Below, piece after piece: positions 22,601 to 33,971 of a stretch of 38,102 nucleotides of DNA. The position numbers and the translations under genes were made by a program. Position 1 is the first letter of the stretch. Each line of letters opens with the position of its first letter. This DNA comes from Klebsormidium nitens. Taxonomy: Eukaryota > Plantae > Klebsormidiophyceae. The stretch is taken from NCBI GenBank assembly GCA_000708835.1, contig DF237694.1:1-38102 (forward strand), written 5' to 3'. Under the pieces are notes generated by a model that was given only the letters and a program-made list of their open reading frames with translations, did not search any database and was not told the origin of the DNA.

Positions 22601-23553
22601 AGCCCCTGTCCATCAGCGCGCAGTCTCTGGTGGCCCGCGACCTCGCTGCCGAGCCGCAGGTGCGTGCCGCAACGCTGTTGTGCTGCTCCCCGTGCTGGAG
22701 GTCATCATGCCGCTCAACCCTATTGCCAGCAGCCGACTTGGATGGCCGTCTGATTGCTGCCCTCCCGCTGGGCCCAGGGGTTTTGCTCCCTCTGCCGTGG
22801 GGCCTCCAACTGTGGGTGCTGTCCTGTGCGTGCAGCGGGCGCGGGCCATGGCGCGCATGTTGCTGTGGGCCGGCTGTGGCATCGGGCTGGTGCTGGGGGT
22901 GGTCGTGTGGGCTGTGCCCCGCGTGTGGGGCCACGTGCTGGCCGCCGACGTGGCGGTGCGTCGCGGCGTGGTGGCCGTGTCGGCGCAGAACGCGGTGTGC
23001 AGCTGGCTGTGCGCGCTGGCCGTCGTGCTGGACGGGGTCGCCATCGGATCAGGTGCGGCATGCTTGACACGAGAGGCACACGCGGCCCGCACCGCCTCAA
23101 GGCCGCACTGGTCGACCCGCATATCACAAGCGTAGTGTACTTAACCATACGTAATCACGGGTATCGATGCCTTGAATAACCTGCGTCTCAGTACGTTCGC
23201 TATGGTGCAGGTGACTACGGCTACATGCCCCGCATGCAGTTCTTGAACATGCTGGGCGTTGGCGCCGCCCTGCGCACGGCGTGGGCCGCGGGATGGGGCC
23301 TGCCCGGCGTCTGGCACTGCCTGACGCTCTTCTTCGTGCTGCGCATCGCGTACCACGCCGTCCACATTGCCAACAACAGAAAGACCCACGTGAGCCACGC
23401 CCCGGCCCCTGTCGTCGCCGGGGGCCGTGCCGTAGCCCTTGCTCGTGAACTGCACGAAGCTGGATCAGTAGGGAGAGGGAACGCGCTCGTTGTGGGCTGC
23501 TCTCAGCGCTTACATCTTATGTGTCTACTCTGTGCCAGGTACTCGGCTGGTGA
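19602..23553 (+). CDS. MATE efflux transporter, DinF-like / DTX44-47 (FRD3/EDS5-related) clade, ~553 aa; 5' end tentative
   Basis: Exons: 19602-19797 (tentative, possible targeting peptide), 19844-19907, 20077-20188, 20340-20429, 20624-20786, 20983-21035, 21257-21342, 21495-21816, 22310-22387, 22573-22659, 22836-23052, 23211-23389, 23539-23553. Motifs: EIRQLALPALGSCLADPLMSLIDS, LGPNTAIFNFVFQVFGFL, YLRIRALSAPAVL, CLGCQDARTPL, LNVVGDILL, GVRGAAWATVVAQY, AAHQVSMQLFW, AQSLVA, VLDGVAIG. Confidence 0.88.
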
Positions 23554-24908
23554 TCTACACAGTTGCCGTCATTCAACGGCTACCACTGGAAGTGGAAACT
23601 TGCATCTGACAAGTTGATCGTTCGGACATCGACCTTGGCGACCCCAAAAGTTTTGCGATGATATTAAATGCACGTTTTCCGCTGACAAACAGCTGAGACT
23701 AACCATGCCTGCGAATTTTTGTGATTTACTTGTAACAGTAGTTAGCGCTCATAGTTGTAAAGGAGACAGAGCTCGCATGGATGCGCCCAGCAAGCCGGTA
23801 ATTCAAAGTTCAGGATCAGCTCATCCTCTGTGTTGTCAAGGGTTGCCGTTAGTTAGCCTGAGGCTGGTCTTTAGTGAACCTGCACGCCAATCAAGTCTTA
23901 TTAGCCCTAGATTTTGTGTGGCTGGTGTGGTGCAACGTGTTTGACTGGATCTGAAACACTCGTAGCTTCATAGTAGGTTTATTGGCACGCAGCTTATCTC
24001 GTACACCAGTCGCCAATCTGTTGCTGGCATCAATGGTCGCATGTTTTGATGCATTGTTCAAAGCCGGATGCAGCTGGCTAAGGCTAGCTAGTGACCTGGG
24101 CTGCCAACTAGATTCTCCTGGCGCGGTTGAGTAGGTTGCTGTAGCGATCCTAGTCTTAGCGCTATCCATGTCCATGCATGCTCTATTAACTTCTACGATC
24201 GCAATGTAGCATGAGGTTACTACGACAGATCCTTCGGAGCAATGCACGGTCACGGAACGATTCATGCATGAGGCTGCAATTGACGCGAACCTAGACTGCG
24301 TCATTTAGACTTGATAGCGCGTATCATGCAACATATGCCCGAAATTCTGGAACGTCGGTCCCGGCCCGAACAGCTAGTCGGAACCTATGGTCAGCAACGC
24401 AGAGTTCAGCTTGATCGTGTGCAATGAACGCATACCTACTCGAGTGGCAGGTACGTCTAAGTAAGGATGTTGTTGGACCTGTGACGTAATCATGTACCAT
24501 GAATGCAAAATACCTGATAGAATGGCAAAGTAACTCTGGTTCTAATACGTATCTATCTGCACTGCATATTTCTAGTGGGCTCAAAAGCTGTTTCGTCCTT
24601 TATTTCTGCGTACATAAACCAGCTCTGGCCGCCTTCCATCCTAAGATATTGACTGCGATTGCGGCCGCACATGGGGCGTTGTCAAATTATCACCTTTGCA
24701 TTAAGATCTCAGAATATGCCCAATCCGGGTAAGTCACGTACATAGCTCGAATCCAGTGCTCATCAGAATGCCCAACCCTATCCCGCGCTGCCCCCATGCG
24801 GCGGCTGGGTAGTGTACAGGTCCACAGGGGCGGCAGAGGTGGCTCAGCCCTCACGTGTCTCAGATCCGCTGCGCTGCGCGGCAGTTCGCCTAGCGTACAC
24901 CACGCGCC

Positions 24909-27900
24909 TCACGCTTTCTGGTACAGGGCCGCAATCTCGGCCGCATATTTGGTGGCAATTACGTCCCGCTTCATCTTCATCGTGGGCGTCAGCAGCCCAT
25001 TCTCGACCTGGCCGACGCACGAGGTCAGCAGAGGGGAAAGAGGCGGGGCTCACACAGGTGTACGGAGGAGCATGTGATGCAACACCAAACACCCAAGACG
25101 GCTAGCCCGACCGGCGTGCTCGGCTCCAAGCCACCTTGTGACAAGCAGAGATGCACGCGCTTGTACAATCAGCAGACGAGGCTGCGGACATGTGCGAGAG
25201 CGCGAGTGTCTCACCGAGAATGGTTCGTCAATGATGGCCACGGGGCCAATCCTCTCGTGGGCGTGGAAGCTGCCCTGGGCGAGGCTGCACCACAGCACAG
25301 GGGGGCGTCAGAACAGGCGGCCCCGAATGGCACGTGAGAGAGGCACGCGGGCTGAGCAGGCTGCAGGTCCGAAGGGAGGGGGACGCGCCCAGCGGCCATG
25401 AAGGATCGCTGCGCTACTCACCAGTGGTTGAGGTCCTTCCGGATGAGGTCCTGCAGCTGCTGCCCGGTGGGCGGGGGCGCGTCCGGGTGGTGCGCCGCCA
25501 GCTCGTCGGGCGCGGGGACCACGAGCGCGCCAAGGCGGCGCTGGTCGTTGCCCACGAGCATGACCTGCGCCACGAGCGGGCTGCGCAGCAGTACCTCCTC
25601 CACCGGCGCAGGCTCCACGTTCTCGCCTGCACACCCGACCAGCCAGCGTTCACAACGCGCACCAAGCTGGAGCCCCGCATGCACTCACTGTGCTGAAAGC
25701 TGTACTAACAAGCAGGACCATACGAGTCCCAAGCAAGGGCCGTTATGGTGCCATTGTGCGCTGATGTGCTGCACTCTTCTCGTTCTCCTGCAGTGCGGCT
25801 CACCGGTGGACATAACGATGGTGTCCTTGGAGCGGCCCTCGAGCACGAGCACGTCGCGGCAGTTCCTGGCGGCCCAGCTGCGGCTGGCGGGCGCGAGCCA
25901 GCCCAGGTCGCCCGTATCGAACCAGCCCTCCGGGTCCACCACGCGCGCCGTCGCCTCAGGGTCCTGCACGCACAGGAGGTGGAGGAACGGGTTTAGGCAA
26001 CAAAAGCGGCGCGATTTCGACAAAGCCTTTGCGTAGGTATAGGAAGGCCCTGGACTTCGTGAGAGCAGACCCGCTCTCAACACCTTGGGAATGGGCCCAC
26101 TGACCCCGGATTATGAGATTCACGCAACCTACAATAGGAGCCCGTTCTCTAACACGCCGCCTTTCCATGTTATGGTACTCTAAGAGAAGAAGGCAGCAAC
26201 TCAATCTCCGTAATCGATCATGAAAGAACTCGGTTTCCGTGTTCAGGTATGGACTCAACTGGCAACCCTGTTGATTGGGGATAAAATGGCCCCAAAGAAT
26301 CGAGCCCGACGTGACTCATCTCAGCGATTACGGCAAGGCTATGGACCCAGATGATGCGCGACAGCACCCCATGCCTGCGGTGGCGGTGCTCATGAGTCCG
26401 TGCGGGCTTGCCTTGAGGTAGCCCTTCATGACCTGCGGCCCCCGCGCCTTGACGACGCCCTTGACCCCGGGGGCCAGCGCGCACCCCGTCTTCGGGTCCA
26501 CCACCTTCACCTCCGTGTCGCCNNNNNNNNNNNNNNNNNNNNNNNNNNNNNNNNNNNNNNNNNNNNNNNNNNNNNNNNNNNNNNNNNNNNNNNNNNNNNN
26601 NNNNNNNNNNNNNNNNNNNNNNNNNNNNNNNNNNNNNNNNNNNNNNNNNNNNNNNNNNNNNNNNNNNNNNNNNNNNNNNNNNNNNNNNNNNNNNNNNNNN
26701 NNNNNNNNNNNNNNNNNNNNNNNNNNNNNNNNNNNNNNNNNNNNNNNNNNNNNNNNNNNNNNNNNNNNNNNNNNNNNNNNNNNNNNNNNNNNNNNNNNNN
26801 NNNNNNNNNNNNNNNNNNNNNNNNNNNNNNNNNNNNNNNNNNNNNNNNNNNNNNNNNNNNNNNNNNNNNNNNNNNNNNNNNNNNNNNNNNNNNNNNNNNN
26901 NNNNNNNNNNNNNNNNNNNNNNNNNNNNNNNNNNNNNNNNNNNNNNNNNNNNNNNNNNNNNNNNNNNNNNNNNNNNNNNNNNNNNNNNNNNNNNNNNNNN
27001 NNNNNNNNNNNNNNNNGCCGCCTTGACGACGCCCTTNACCCCGGGGGCCCGACGCGCGCACCCCGTCCTTCGGGTCCTACCACCCTTCACCTCCCGTCGT
27101 CGCCGACTTGGGTCGCCGACTGCTGCCCAGCACCTGCGCCACCCGCAACAGCCCCCGCCGCCTGTCAGCCCAGCCTCCGCGCACGCCCCTGCTACACTGC
27201 ACGACCACTAACTTGACAGAGTCGCCCAGCAAGCAACAGCCCCGCCTCACTGGGCAGGCCCCGCTTCCAAACTACGCATGTAGGCCTCCTGACACTGCAA
27301 ACACCCAGGCAGGAACAAGTGTGGCCCACTCACGTTGCGGTCAGCCCGGCGCACGGTGAGGACGGGGGACGTTTCGGTCAGGCCGTAGCCGTTGAGCAAC
27401 ACGATGCCAATCATCTCGAAGAAGCGGTCCACGTGGGTCGGGAGGCTGCCCCCGCCGCTGATGGCCGTCTGCAGCACGAGGCGAGCACGTGTGAGGCACT
27501 GGGAGAGTAGCAGAGGGGAGCAGGGGCAGCAGACCGGCTGCAACTATGCTATCCTGCCTGCCCGTTCTGCGCTCTGAAAGATTTTCAAGAAAGTTCGAAA
27601 CGGCCACCATGCATATGGGGCTTGCTCGAAACAAACTCATCATTGAAGTCTTGCTTCGTGCAAGCCCACAGTTATCCATGTAATCCACGTTTGCTTCGTC
27701 CAAGCCCACAGTTTACAATGTCAGAGCTAACAGCCTGGGCGCATCATCAACCACCTCGATGCATCATCCGAAGTCCACTCAATCTAGGTAAACTGCCGGA
27801 CTGCAGGCAAGGGAAGGTTGCTCTCGAGGTCCAATCGTGTTCACAACAAGCCAAAGTATCTCCAAGGCCTAACCTGCTTCCCGTAAGTCATTGCTCTCAC

Positions 27901-30900
27901 AATGTGTCTACAATGCGGCTTTTCTGCATGGCGCACATGCTCACCTTTTTGATGCCCAGCGCCGCGCGCACCTTCCCATACACGAGGCGCGAGGCGAGCA
28001 GGTGTGCGGGCAGCAGCAGCGCCGCCACCACGCCCGCTAGCACCCATTGCGCAAACGACAGCACCGGGTGGGCACTGCTGCGCACACTGTCCAGGGCGAG
28101 GCCCTGCCACGAAGCAGGAAGGGGGGCACAAGGTGAGGCGAGGCGCCCGTGCACGAAACAAAGGGCTCATAGGATTGAAATGGACGCAGCACAGATGCCC
28201 CGCCGAACGACATAGATGAAGGGCGGCCGATACAGCGAGCAAACCCGGAAGCATGGTAGTACTGGCTTGATGAGCACCAGCGATGCGGGCGCGCTCACCC
28301 TCCAGGCCCTGAGTGCTTCCATGTACTTTTGGCTGGCGCCTATGAGGAGCTTGGCCACCTTTTGGCGGGGGGCTGGGGCCTGGGCCAGCTTGCGCTGCAC
28401 CCCGTTGTACAGCACCTCGAATACCAGGGGCACCGCCACAAAGTGGTCCGGCGGGTGGGTCACCAAATCATCCTGCACCCGTGCCCACACACGCTCCGCT
28501 CAGCACCGCAGCCAGGGCAGATGCGATCCACGGAACCAACTAGCAACAGTGCCGGATGCAGCGTCAATCATTCGGCCTGGAGGACCTGGGGCGCACCTTG
28601 AAGGTCTTGACGCTGCTGTAGACCTGGCGGGCCCCGGATGCGAGGCAGAAGTACTCGGCAGAGCGCTCGTACATGTGCCAGGGCGGCAGCAGGCTGAGCA
28701 AGACCTCGCCTGGCTGCACGTCCAGCACCACGCGGTAATTGCGCACCTGCACCCACACAGCGCGCCGCGAATCAGCAAAGGCCAGCTCGCATCGTTTGAT
28801 CGGATCGAAGGCATCAAGGACAACAGCAGGGGCAGGTAGTGCAAGTGATGGGGTCATGGAGCAGGGCTGACCTGGTGCAGCAGGTTGTCGTGGGTGAGCA
28901 TGACCCCCTTGGGGAAGCCGGTGGTGCCGCTTGTGTAAGCGATGGTAGCCACATCCTGGCTCGCACACGGCACCTCGCGCCGCAGAGCGCCTGCACAGCG
29001 GGTAAGACCAACTGCTGTCAGTAATCTGATCTTGTCTCTGGCTGAACGAAGGCCCCTCCTGCCAGAGCACTCGTTTGAGACACACTCATACTTCATGCCT
29101 GCTCCTTTTGACTTTCATTCTAGTTAAGGGGGTAGCAGGGCACTCACCATTTCCAGTTGCGGCCTCTGTCGCCTGGCGGCTAGTCTTGCCTGCCTGCAGG
29201 AAGCTGGCAAAGCTGTGCGCGGGGAAGGGCGTCGTGGCGGCCCCGTTGGTCGCCGCCTCCCCCCACAACACCACCGCAAACTTAATGCGGTCCGCCAGCT
29301 CACCCAGCACAGGCGCCAGCTTGGCCAGCACCTCCGGCGTCTCTACCACTACCGCAGTGCTGCGCACAAATAACAGGGCAGGCGTACCTCAGGCCAGGTC
29401 ACGGGCATGGGCAGGAGGCTGGCTCACAGCTCACACCGAGTGGCATCAGACAAACCCTGTGCAACACTAACCAGTGCTCATCTCTGTCAGTCTGTCGTCC
29501 TCTGTCTGGTTAGTCCTACTTTTCCAGCATCTGAGATCCCAGCTTGAACCTTGCACTTGAACCAGTCGGCAGGTTGGGCTTGATTGATTGGACCTTCGCC
29601 TTCACCTTTGCACCTGTCTACGTTGCCCCATTTGAGGGTCACCAAATGAATAATGCAATAAAGACAATGAAACCAGATCTGGGCCACACTCTAGCATGAC
29701 CGAGGAAGAAAGTGCAGCGATGTTGAGGAGACAAGCACTTGGTACCTTTATTGGCTCCACAGCAAGGCCCACCCAGTTGAAACACCCAGTACTTGGAGTC
29801 TTTTACACACATCCAATACATCGATCGCACAGCATTGTCCGTTTCTAAAGGCAAGTGCTTCTTGGACCCACCGGTCTGATCGATCTCGACCGAGCAAAAA
29901 CCCTAATTCCGCAAAATGGCGTCCAATGACCCCGTGTTTCTACACGACGTCAGCTCCTTACCACATTGGACGGCCCGCACAATTTGACTTTGTAATCGGC
30001 ATGATCGCTAGCTACAGCTAATGGTTGGGGCAGATGTGCTCAGACAACCAAAAAGGAGGGGGTTTGTTCACCTCTCTGAATGCTCCAAAATATACTTGAG
30101 CTCTTCCGCTGGCGCCTTGGCCCCCCTCACTGCATCGACCGCCCCCGCCATCATGATTCCTGCAACCACCATTGAATGCTGTAAGCCCCATGATTGATGC
30201 TGGCAGATTGGAGCATATCAAAGTCTATCTGGGCCCCAATTCTATCGAACCACGCACGCTTCACACCAGGCCCAAGCAAGCTGCCTCCCAAATGCTTCGA
30301 GTAGCTGCCAGAAGCAGGCAAGGCACACAGAACAGCTGCTTACCTTGGTCTGCAATGATCCAGCGGTGGGAATTATCTGAGAAGAGGCCCACCCGGTCGC
30401 CCGCCTTGATGCCGTACAGGCGCAGCCCCTCGCTGAAGTCCACAATGGCTTGCTCCAGCTGGAAAAGCAGGGAAACAAGCTGAGGATGAGGGGCAACTGC
30501 AGTGCTTCAGAAAGGCTGGTCAGACGCGCTTCTTCAGCTCCTGCAGTGGATCTTCTAGACCACCAGGTTGTGTTGCAGGAAGAACAATGAGCTCAAGCGC
30601 CAACACCAAGATGCAAAGCTTCTGCTCCTTATTGATGTACCCAGCCCCGGTTGCCCAGCTTACCTCCTTGTAGGTCATCTTGATGTGCGGCTTCCTATGG
30701 GGGTCATCTAGCGCCACCCGATCGCCATACTTCTGGGCGAGCGTGTGCCACATGGCAGGCAGAACCTCCCAATTGGGGGCCACAGTGGAGCTGGGAGGGG
30801 GTGGCACAACAGAAGGGGCTCGTACCACCCGTGCCGGCTGCACCAACAGGACGTCTCAATGACAAGAACCAACAGTACCAGAAGTCCAGAGGAAACAAAG

Positions 30901-31439
30901 GAACAGCATGGGACCATAATGAAGTACCTTCAGAGTATGCGAGCACTATGCAATCCACATTGCGATTAACTTGGGGTTGACGCCAAAAGTGCCCCATTGC
31001 AAGACTGTACACATCCTAAACCCCCATGCTCTATACGAGGTTAAGAGGAGCAGCGTCCAAAATAGGCGCATGAAAGGTCAAAGCAGGCAGGTGCTTCTGT
31101 GCCCACCTCATCGGGTGGGCTGGTGGTGACTGCGGGGCCCCAGACTTCCTGTCTACACTGAACCTGCGGCCTCCGCCCCCTCCTCCCCCTGGCCTGCACA
31201 TGTCCAGCAGGCGTTGCTCCCTGCTTCAGTAGTGCAGCATCTCCAGCCAGCACCGCCGCACTGCTCCACGTATGACGGCACAACAAGTCAGACCCGAGTG
31301 AGCGGTATGACGCCCCAGGCTGTGGACAAAACCCCCCGGGCGTTCTGCTCTGCTGTGCTGCGCAGAGAGTGGGGGCCGTCTGCTTGACCGCCAGCTGTCC
31401 CAACAAGCTGCTCCCTGAACACACTACGCCGCTCGTCAT
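24909..31439 (-). CDS. AAE15: Long-chain acyl-activating enzyme, AAE15/AAE16-like (plastid acyl-ACP synthetase / cyanobacterial Aas type), ~775 aa with N-terminal transit-peptide-like exon
   Basis: Exons (minus): 31107-31439, 30664-30837, 30344-30458, 30072-30159, 29148-29359, 28872-28990, 28597-28746, 28299-28472, 27945-28103, 27334-27468, 26412-27133 (spans the N-gap), 25804-25963, 25422-25626, 25215-25284, 24909-25007. Motifs: [41 protein letters not shown]-binding [102 protein letters not shown]. The clade call is from recognition of motifs, not from a tree. Confidence 0.9.
26523..27016. other. Assembly gap (494 N), probably spurious because the flanks overlap
   Basis: 27019-27104 repeats 26445-26522 with scattered single-base insertions and an internal N. 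Confidence 0.9.
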
Positions 31440-33257
31440 TGCCTCCACACTTCAAGGGTCTGCCAAGCCGACTGCACTGTGGCACCCAAGCGCAGGCCAA
31501 CAACCTATAAAACCTTCTGCCGCATTAGATAACCCCTCCGTAAATGCATGCGGCCCCCGCCTTTTCGTAAGAAACTACGTCTGCAGGACTTCTTGCTCGT
31601 GATTGTGGTCGCAGAGAAAAGATTTGCAAGGCGGAATTTGTATAAACCTTGGCCACCTTTCCAGCTCTGTCCGGACTCCGCCCTTGCACAGTGGTTCTTC
31701 CCCTTGGGCTGCCGAGTCGTGCATCGTTTTCGGGGGTGCGTGGAGCGACGATGGCGCGCCATAGACGTCACACTTTTGCCCGTCTTGACGTCATACCTTT
31801 GCTGACTAGACAGGGGGCACGTTCCTCCCCGACTTTGTGGATATGGTAAAACCCCGCGGCCGACGCTGCAGCGGCCCGGCGCCTCGCCGCTGCTTGAATG
31901 ATGCGCGGCACCTTCGGCCGCGCGCTCCCGGCCCCGGGCCATCTCATTCGCGTGGCTTTTATATAGTATACCCGGGTCTCATCTTTGGCCACGAGTTTCA
32001 GTTGATCGGATCATATAAGGCATCTGAGCTTGGTGAGCTCGGGGCCTAGTTCCGACGCCCATTGTCGGACAGCGCGCGGCCGCCCACTGCGTGCCCGCTC
32101 GGCGGCCACGGCATTGCCAGAGCGCGTGCAAAAGTCAGAAAGTTGCCTCAGCAGCTGAGCAGGCTACAGTCTGAGTATCGAGTGACCAACTTGAATGAAT
32201 CTCCTGCAGTGGCGGCGCTACCGCCGCTTGAGTGGCAATCAGCGTTTGATAAAGCATTCGGGGGAGTACTGCAATATGTCCTGGAGCGCTGACAAAGAAT
32301 CCGCAATAGGGCAGGCAGGGGCACTCTTCATACTCGTCGTACTAATACGAGAGGCTAATCAGTGACCGATTCTAGCACGTCGTATTATTGTATCACCCTC
32401 AGCTCTTTAGTCCACATATGCAGATAAGCAGATGCTCGTTTCGAGCCTGATTGACCCAACGCGGAGGATCCTCGACAAGCGGCGCCCGAAAAGCTGTTAC
32501 GCACGAATGTGTGAAGATGATGTCAAAATAGCCGGTCAGCTGTTTAGTATCCATCGATTCTTGCCACGGGAGTCTTTGGCAAGTACTCTGATTATGCAAG
32601 CGTCGAGTGCATTCGTTTATGCGAAAGGGTCTGATGCCTTTGTACGTCCAAATCTACAATGACAAAGCTTCAATTTCTCTGGTCTCACTCTGCTGCCATT
32701 ATGTTGCGTTGCCGTTCAAATATCTCCACCGTTTGACGCCCACGTCCTCCAACAAATTATGTGATCAATCTGTCTACGTGGTCAAAGCTCAGTGCTGTGT
32801 ATTATGACGCTTTGAAAGGCTCACTGATTACGTCAGCTTGCCTCTGTCTTTGACTGGAGGTTGGAGAAGCTACTTGCTGGTTTTGTGGCCAACTGGGGAC
32901 AATCTTGAAGCATCCCAAAGCTATGGGTGACTCACCTGTGTTTACGACTCGACTCACAGAGCTGGTTGCAATTACGTAGTGAATTGATCAGAATCGGTCA
33001 TGGAGTGACTATGCCAGTTCTCCCAGCACTTTTGGAATGGTGGCGGGACTTCGAGGAACTAGAGACTTCGACGAGGCATTCTGCACGAAGACCCACTGCC
33101 AAAGAAGTCAATCGAGGGATGCCGGATGATCAGTCAATTGGCATGCATGTGCATGTCTGGAGAAAAAGGGAATCATATGTCGCTTCAGCAGTCCCTGAAA
33201 TTTTGGGAATCCTCTTTTAATCATGACAGTCAGTGCGCACGCTCGTGGTGCCGCCAA

Positions 33258-33430
33258 CAAAAGTTCGGAACCGTCGATCGATGAGGGCAGCCCCCAACTT
33301 CGACCCTCCGGGCCATCCGATGGAGGTCGCATTGATTGCTCTCTGCCAACCGCAAAGTCGGCCCCTAAACTTCGCTGGCGACTTTTGCACGAGATTTGAG
33401 TGAGGGCGTCGCCGCGTTTCCGAACTTTTG
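33258..33430. repeat. 173-bp segment bounded by a perfect 13-bp inverted repeat (MITE-like)
   Basis: CAAAAGTTCGGAA (33258-33270) and TTCCGAACTTTTG (33418-33430). No clear TSD. Confidence 0.5.
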
Positions 33431-33971
33431 CTTTAACACATTCGCCCAGCGGTCGGTCAAAAGACCTGTTGTGTCAAGAGGCCCAAAACGTGCGTACTGA
33501 CTGATGAGGCGCAGTGACATTACATATTACTGTAGTACTGAAACATATTCTCAGGGCCGCAGGATCTTATAAGAGAGCGTCAAGCCGGGTACTTTTGAAG
33601 ACTACAGCAGCCTGTGTGAGGGCTAGGAACATGTAATCTTACAAGTCGCTGTTTGAAGTAGGAATAGACGACTGTGTCCGATTGCAACACGCAACTGGCA
33701 GGTAGCTGCCGCAAAAGGCTTAGTACGTATGTCGATTGATTCTGAGTTGATCGATGAGACGAAGTCAAGTCCAGCTACGTCAGTAAGGTCAACACATGTG
33801 CCTGCAAGACTGCGTCCTTCTGGTCAGCACAGCGCTCGTCTGCGAGCTTCGAAAGTGAGGCCCACGGGCGCGCTGCTGTCGCCGAGCGCGACCTTCCACC
33901 AGTGAAGGAGCAGCATTTCTCGCCGCAGTCGCAGCCCTTCCAGCAACAGGCTCCCTGCTGTGCGTGCCGCG

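Noticed and set aside
24705-24770. tRNA/SINE-like motifs (TGCCCAATCCGGGTAAG ... GCTCGAATCC)
   Set aside because: The spacing leaves no room for an anticodon arm, the B-box is imperfect, and there is no acceptor stem.
26218-27216. Long ORFs of 184-290 aa containing X runs
   Set aside because: They are artefacts of translating through the N-gap.
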